The translations under genes were made by a program, and so were the position numbers. This document shows, one piece after another, positions 59,414 through 64,000 of a stretch of DNA of 64,000 bases (positions are counted from its first letter, which is position 1; each line of letters opens with the position of its first letter). The stretch is from the NCBI GenBank assembly GCA_009694085.1, contig SHVW01000001.1, positions 8,164 to 72,163 of the forward strand. The letters run 5' to 3'. The notes below the pieces were generated by a model, which saw only the letters and a list, made by a program, of their open reading frames with translations, did no database searches and was not told where the DNA came from. This DNA is from Alphaproteobacteria bacterium. GTDB lineage: Bacteria; Pseudomonadota; Alphaproteobacteria; SHVW01.

Positions 59414-60070
59414 CTATCCGTCTCGGTGCCACAGAATGCTGTGGGCGAAGGGTGTCCACAGTCCGGTGCGGATGCCGGCATAACGGAGCGCGCGCGACGT
59501 CCACTCGTTGCAAGTAGCAATCGCGCTGTAGCGTCCGACCGCCGCGTAGAAGGCGTCGTGGGGACCGTAGCCGCGGCCGTGGTAAAGCTGCAGCTCGGGC
59601 CCGGCAAACGCGGCGCGCACGAATTCGGTCAGTTTCAGGTGCTGCGCGCGCGACGCCATGATCCGGCGCGCATCGGCCCCGTGCGCGGGGTCCATCCATA
59701 GCGCCACATGCATCACCGTTTCCTTGTCGGCAAATAGCGCGCCCAACGCCGTGCCGATGCGCAGATCGGCCAGCGTGCGGGTTTCCATGTAGAAGTCGCG
59801 TTCGCCCCAACCGAACCAGATATGGCTGGCGCCCGGCGCGGGACGGACGAAATGCTCGGGCGGGTGCCGCTCGGTCCAATCGATGCCGTGGGCGCGCAGC
59901 GGCAAGACGAGGCTGGCGTGGTAGCCGTTGGAGACGATGAAGATTTCGACGGGGCCGTCGCCATCGTCCCGACCGCCGACCGGGATGGCGCCGAGGCCGA
60001 GGCCCAGCACGACATACAGGAGTGCTAGGGCGGGCAGGGCGGCGAGGGCGAGAAGCAGACGGCGCAGCAT
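59414..60070 (-). CDS. Secreted conserved hypothetical protein (tentatively DUF2459/TIGR02117-like).
   Basis: 218 aa with an N-terminal signal/TM 'LLLALAALPALALLYVVLGL'. Family assignment is from memory and unverified. Confidence 0.4.
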   Translation of the reverse strand: MLRRLLLALAALPALALLYVVLGLGLGAIPVGGRDDGDGPVEIFIVSNGYHASLVLPLRAHGIDWTERHPPEHFVRPAPGASHIWFGWGERDFYMETRTLADLRIGTALGALFADKETVMHVALWMDPAHGADARRIMASRAQHLKLTEFVRAAFAGPELQLYHGRGYGPHDAFYAAVGRYSAIATCNEWTSRALRYAGIRTGLWTPFAHSILWHRDG

Positions 60071-60144
60071 GAGTGATTTCTAGCCCGCGAATGTGGCGTG
60101 GGCGCGGCGAGGTCAGCTATTCGGGTCGGGGTTGCTGACTCGTT

Positions 60145-60735
60145 TCAATGCCGTGAGCGCCGCGCTGGTCCAGGCGCGCGGATCGGGGATGGCGTCGTCT
60201 CGGAGGATAAATCGTGATCTACAATTTCCTGCATATGCGGGACAAAGCCGGCGCGCTGGTAATTGCCCAGGGCGCGGGGGTGATCGAGAGAGTTGGTGTG
60301 GACCCAGAGTCGATCGATGTCGCGGCTCCACGCGCTGTCCACCGCCCAGTTGATCAGATACCAGCCGAGCCCGCGGCCGATGAAATCGTCGATCAGGCCG
60401 AAATAGGCAAGTTCGACCTCGCGCGGCTGGCGCAAATCCAGTTCGGCATAGCCAGCGGGCGTACCAGCGACGTAAAGCACATAGATCTCGACCTTGGGGT
60501 CGTGGATGGTCGATTTAAGCTGGTCGTCGGACATGCGCTTGCGATCGACCCAGTTGTAGTTCCGGCCGACCGCGTCATAGAGGTAGCGATAGAACGAAAG
60601 GGTCGGCGGGTCCGCGCGCATCAGCGCCAGCCGCTTCTCCGGCGCCGGCACGGTCGGCCGGGTCGGGCGCTTGTGCATCTCCAGATAGGTGATGACGACG
60701 CGGACATAACCGGGCGGAATCTCAAGATCGGCCAT
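60145..60735 (-). CDS. GNAT-family N-acetyltransferase.
   Basis: 'VELAYFGLIDDFIGRGLGWYLINWAVDSAW' resembles the GNAT acetyl-CoA-binding motif. Confidence 0.55.
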   Translation of the reverse strand: MADLEIPPGYVRVVITYLEMHKRPTRPTVPAPEKRLALMRADPPTLSFYRYLYDAVGRNYNWVDRKRMSDDQLKSTIHDPKVEIYVLYVAGTPAGYAELDLRQPREVELAYFGLIDDFIGRGLGWYLINWAVDSAWSRDIDRLWVHTNSLDHPRALGNYQRAGFVPHMQEIVDHDLSSETTPSPIRAPGPARRSRH

Positions 60736-60746
60736 GGTCACCCGCT

Positions 60747-61289
60747 CTACTGCAGCCACAGCTCAAGGCGGCGCAGGCATCTTCGTAGGCTGTCGCATGA
60801 TTCGGCTGCGATCCTGGGGCGCCAAGCGTGTCTGGCATAGTCCCGCAAGCGCATTGTATAGGCTGGACCAATGTGTGCACCGCTGTTTGCCCGCGGCAGC
60901 ATATCCGTCTTGATTTCGCGGCTGCGCGACCGATTGACGATGGACAACACCGTTGACTTTGGATTGGGAAGTTCCTCAGGCCTAGGTGGGATGGCGGCGG
61001 TAGGAACTTTGAAGAATGCAGAAAACGCCTTTGCATCTCCAAGCATCCAGGCTTCCAATCCACGAACGACGATCCTCAAGTGCATGCCCTCTGAGGGTTC
61101 GTGGAGCAATCCATTTCGCATCTCCGCAGGACACCCGGAATAAGAGTCCATATCGCGCAGGACGAGCCAGCGACCATGACGTGCCGCCCTGTTGTAATTG
61201 GCGATCTTGCGGTCCAGACGCGCCTTGCCTTGGCAGTCAAATGATCTTGCTATCGGCAATTTCTCAAGACGTAGAGACATGAATCGCAT
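60747..61289 (-). CDS. Orphan ORF in a low-GC pocket. Possibly a degenerate Toprim/DUF4276-like protein (tentative).
   Basis: Local GC ~53% versus ~65% genome-wide. 'GRWLVLRDMD' and 'RIVVRGLEAWMLGDAKAF' are reminiscent of Toprim/DUF4276 motifs. There is no partner ATPase. Confidence 0.3.
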   Translation of the reverse strand: MRFMSLRLEKLPIARSFDCQGKARLDRKIANYNRAARHGRWLVLRDMDSYSGCPAEMRNGLLHEPSEGMHLRIVVRGLEAWMLGDAKAFSAFFKVPTAAIPPRPEELPNPKSTVLSIVNRSRSREIKTDMLPRANSGAHIGPAYTMRLRDYARHAWRPRIAAESCDSLRRCLRRLELWLQ

Positions 61290-61403
61290 TTTAATCTCCG
61301 GACCGCACTTCGATGCTCACGATCAGTCTATCATGAGATCGCGATTTCTCTGCGCGACCGACAATGAACTGCCACAGTAAATGACGGTAGGCGGTTGCCG
61401 CTC

Positions 61404-62255
61404 TCAGGTTACCACCGGCGTATCCGTGCGTCCGCCCCATTCGCTCCAAGACCCGTCATAAACCGCGACGTCGTCGCGCCCGAGCAGATAAAGGCCGAGC
61501 GTCAGGATGCCGGCGGTCACGCCGGAGCCGCAGCTACATACGACCGGCCCTTTCATGTCGATGCCGGTCCGGTTGAAGCGGGCGGCGAGTTGATCGGCCG
61601 GCAGCACCGTCTTGGTCGCGGGATCGAGCAGCTCGGTATAGGGCAGGTTGCGGGCGCCGGGCATGTGGCCCGACCTTGTGTTGGGCCTGATTTCGGGCTC
61701 GATGCCGTTGAAGCGGCCGGCCGAGCGTGCATCGAGCACGGTTTCGCGCTTGGCGGTCAGGTTGGCGCGCATCTGATCGAAATCGCGCACCAGGAAATTA
61801 TTGCGCCGCGCCGTGAAATGGCGTTCGACTGGCATCGGAATCGTCTCGTCGACCGGCCGTCCCTCGGCGAACCATTTGGGCAGGCCGCCATCGAGCACGG
61901 CGACGTCGTTATGGCCGAATACGCGGAACATCCACCAGGCCCGCGCCGCCGACATGAGGCCGTGAGTGTCGTAACAGACGATCCGGTTGCCGTCGCCGAG
62001 GCCGAGCTTGCGCACGCGGGAGGAAAACTTCTCCGGGCTCGGCAGCATATGGGGCAGGGGGTTCGCCTCGTCCTTGATATCGTCGATATCGAAGAACACC
62101 GCGCCCGGGATATGCCGTTGCGCGTATTCGGCGCGCGCATCGCGCTTGATGTGGGGCAGGAAATAGGTCGCGTCGACGATGCGCAGGTCGGGCGCCGTCA
62201 TGTGGTCGGCGAGCCAGGCCGTGCTGACCAGGGCCTCTGGCTTGGCATAGGGCAT
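61404..62255 (-). CDS. sseA: 3-mercaptopyruvate / thiosulfate sulfurtransferase (tandem rhodanese).
   Basis: Two rhodanese domains with active-site 'CGSGVTA'. Start at 'MPYAKPE'. Confidence 0.8.
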   Translation of the reverse strand: MPYAKPEALVSTAWLADHMTAPDLRIVDATYFLPHIKRDARAEYAQRHIPGAVFFDIDDIKDEANPLPHMLPSPEKFSSRVRKLGLGDGNRIVCYDTHGLMSAARAWWMFRVFGHNDVAVLDGGLPKWFAEGRPVDETIPMPVERHFTARRNNFLVRDFDQMRANLTAKRETVLDARSAGRFNGIEPEIRPNTRSGHMPGARNLPYTELLDPATKTVLPADQLAARFNRTGIDMKGPVVCSCGSGVTAGILTLGLYLLGRDDVAVYDGSWSEWGGRTDTPVVT

Positions 62256-62275
62256 GAGCGGAATCCTTGGTTTTC

Positions 62276-63256
62276 TTAAAGCCAACTCGGGAAGGGCAGG
62301 CCCTTGGCGCGCAGGAATTCGGGATTGAACAGCTTGCTCTGATAGCGCGTGCCGTAATCGCACAGCAGGGTGACGACCGTATGTCCCGGTCCGAGTTGGC
62401 GCGCGACGCGGATGGCCGCGCGCACATTGATGCCGGACGAGCCGCCCACGACCAGCCCCTCATAGCGGGCCAGGTTGAAGATAATCGGCAGGGCCTTTTC
62501 GTCGGATACCTGGATCGCGTCGTCGATCGGCGCGCCTTCCAGGTTCTTGGTCACCCGGCTTTGGCCAATGCCTTCTATGATCGAGTTGCCCTCGGATTTC
62601 AGCTCGCCGTGTTTGTAGTAGTGGTAGAGCGCGGCCCCCATCGGGTCGGCCAGCACGATCTTGATCTTGGGATTGCGCTCCTTCAACGCCATGCCGACGC
62701 CGGCCAAGGTGCCGCCCGAGCCGACCGAGCAGGTGAAGGCATCGACCTTGCCATCGGTCTGCTGCCAAATCTCCGGTCCGGTCGTGCGGTAGTGGCCATC
62801 GCGGTTGGCCGTGTTGTCGAACTGATTGGCCCAGAAGGCGTTCAATTCCCTCGCCAGGCGTTCGGAATATTTGACGTAGTTGTTGGGATCCTTGTAGGGC
62901 ACGGCCGGCACCAGGCGCAGCTCGGCGCCGCACAGCCGGATCATGTCCTTCTTTTCCTGGCTTTGGGTTTCCGGCATGACGATCACGGTTTTGTAGCCGC
63001 GCGCATTGCCGACCAGCGCCAGCCCGATACCCGTATTACCGGCAGTGCCCTCGACGATGGTGCCGCCCGGTGCGAGCACGCCGCGCTTCTCGGCGTCCTG
63101 GATCATGGCCAACGCCGCCCGGTCCTTGACCGAACCGCCGGGATTGAGGAACTCGCATTTGGCCAGGATGTTGCAGCCCGTCAAATCCGACGCGCGCTTC
63201 AAGCGCACCAGGGGCGTGCGGCCGACCATGTCGACGAAGCCGGTGCGAATGTCCAT
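62276..63256 (-). CDS. Cysteine-synthase / cystathionine-beta-synthase-family PLP enzyme (CysK/CysM-like).
   Basis: 'NPGGSVKDRAALAMI' (PLP-Lys) and 'GTAGNTGIGLA...GSGGT' motifs. Confidence 0.8.
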   Translation of the reverse strand: MDIRTGFVDMVGRTPLVRLKRASDLTGCNILAKCEFLNPGGSVKDRAALAMIQDAEKRGVLAPGGTIVEGTAGNTGIGLALVGNARGYKTVIVMPETQSQEKKDMIRLCGAELRLVPAVPYKDPNNYVKYSERLARELNAFWANQFDNTANRDGHYRTTGPEIWQQTDGKVDAFTCSVGSGGTLAGVGMALKERNPKIKIVLADPMGAALYHYYKHGELKSEGNSIIEGIGQSRVTKNLEGAPIDDAIQVSDEKALPIIFNLARYEGLVVGGSSGINVRAAIRVARQLGPGHTVVTLLCDYGTRYQSKLFNPEFLRAKGLPFPSWL

Positions 63257-63454
63257 GGCGACGCGCTTCTCATGAAAGGAAGAACTCACACTAGCCGGGC
63301 GATCCCAGCCCATCAAGCCCTGCCTCACTGGAGGTATTCCAGGTTTTCAATAGCTTGACTTCGCCTCCCCCGGGCGCTGATGATCGGGCCAAGACAGGCG
63401 CGGGCTCTGGTAGGGGGCCGACGCGGCTGCCATTGCAGAACAGGGAGTTCACCG

Positions 63455-64000
63455 ATGCGGACATTAACAACCATTCTTGCGGCGGGAGCCGTGGCGATCG
63501 GCCTGGGGGCCGGGGCCAATGCAGCGACGCCCAAGGACACGGTCGTCATGGCGGCCCAGATCGACGACTTGATTTCGCTCGACCCCGGCGAATCCTTCGA
63601 ATTTTCGGGCAGCGAGGTGATCAGCAATATGTACCAACGGCTGATCGCCTATGACATCAAGGACGTGACTCGGCTTTACGGCCAGCTTGCCGAGACTTGG
63701 TATGTCGGCGGCGACGGCAAAACCTACACGTTCAAAATCCGCCGCGGCATCAAGTTCCATTCCGGCAATGTGCTGACCGCCCATGACGCGGCCTATTCGC
63801 TCCAGCGCGCCGTGATCATGAACAAGTCGCCGGGCTTCATCCTGACCCAGTTCGGTCTGAACAAGGACAACGTCAAGCAGCGCATCCGCGCCACCGACGA
63901 TCACACCCTCGTGGTCGAGACGGCGGGGCAGGTGGCGCCCACCTTCTTCTTCTACTGCTTGACCGCCGTGGTCGGCGGCGTGGTCGACAGCAAGGCCGCC
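63455..64000 (+). CDS. ABC transporter substrate-binding protein, family 5 (DppA-like), 5' partial.
   Basis: Signal peptide 'MRTLTTILAAGAVAIGLGAGANAA' and the family-5 SBP N-terminal region. Runs off the window. Confidence 0.6.
   Translation, partial: MRTLTTILAAGAVAIGLGAGANAATPKDTVVMAAQIDDLISLDPGESFEFSGSEVISNMYQRLIAYDIKDVTRLYGQLAETWYVGGDGKTYTFKIRRGIKFHSGNVLTAHDAAYSLQRAVIMNKSPGFILTQFGLNKDNVKQRIRATDDHTLVVETAGQVAPTFFFYCLTAVVGGVVDSKAA

Overview
High-GC (~65%) alphaproteobacterial-type chromosomal segment, densely coding, with no CRISPR array, integrase or transposase. Coordinates hand-derived from the sequence are approximate (±1-2 nt); coordinates taken from the ORF track are exact.

Main blocks, start to end:
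- Partial flagellar rod gene at the left edge.
- Nine-gene minus-strand operon with 4-nt overlaps throughout: coxD - small ORF - coxE - xdhC N-domain - xdhC - moeA::mocA fusion - sufS - sufU - MAPEG.
- An apparently inserted block (M19 dipeptidase, family-5 SBP, lipocalin-like protein, higA plus a truncated higB), bracketed by two rho-independent terminators. This block separates the maturation operon from the form II CO-dehydrogenase structural genes coxS-L-M. The CoxL active-site motif is AYRGAGR.
- Large GT-C-like polytopic membrane protein, a TAXI-type TRAP transporter, ArsB/NhaD permease, AcuC/HDAC-like amidohydrolase, DUF192, O-methyltransferase.
- tRNA-Pro(UGG), a small NDUFS4-like ORF, tRNA-Arg(UCU).
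- Directly after the tRNAs, a ~16 kb catabolic supercluster: four TauD/TfdA-family Fe(II)/2-oxoglutarate dioxygenases, a Pot-type ABC importer, a Dpp-type ABC importer with fused DppDF, an HpcH aldolase, a PEP-mutase/isocitrate-lyase family enzyme, and an NHL beta-propeller protein.
- msrB and a MopB molybdoenzyme; then Rieske oxygenase alpha subunit, a cupin, and a Pot-like permease/SBP set lacking its ATPase; a response regulator.
- A decayed stretch: modA 5' fragment fused onto the 3' end of a CBS gene; hisI out of frame with its ATGA-coupled start codon at a G6 run; metC; aapJQMP.
- A recombination scar: tryptophan 2,3-dioxygenase (kynA) split into N- and C-terminal fragments by ~900 bp carrying an RNase HI 3' fragment, a terminator and a tRNA 3' fragment.
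- Then a DUF2459-like ORF, GNAT, a low-GC orphan ORF, sseA, a cysK-family gene, and a partial family-5 SBP at the right edge.
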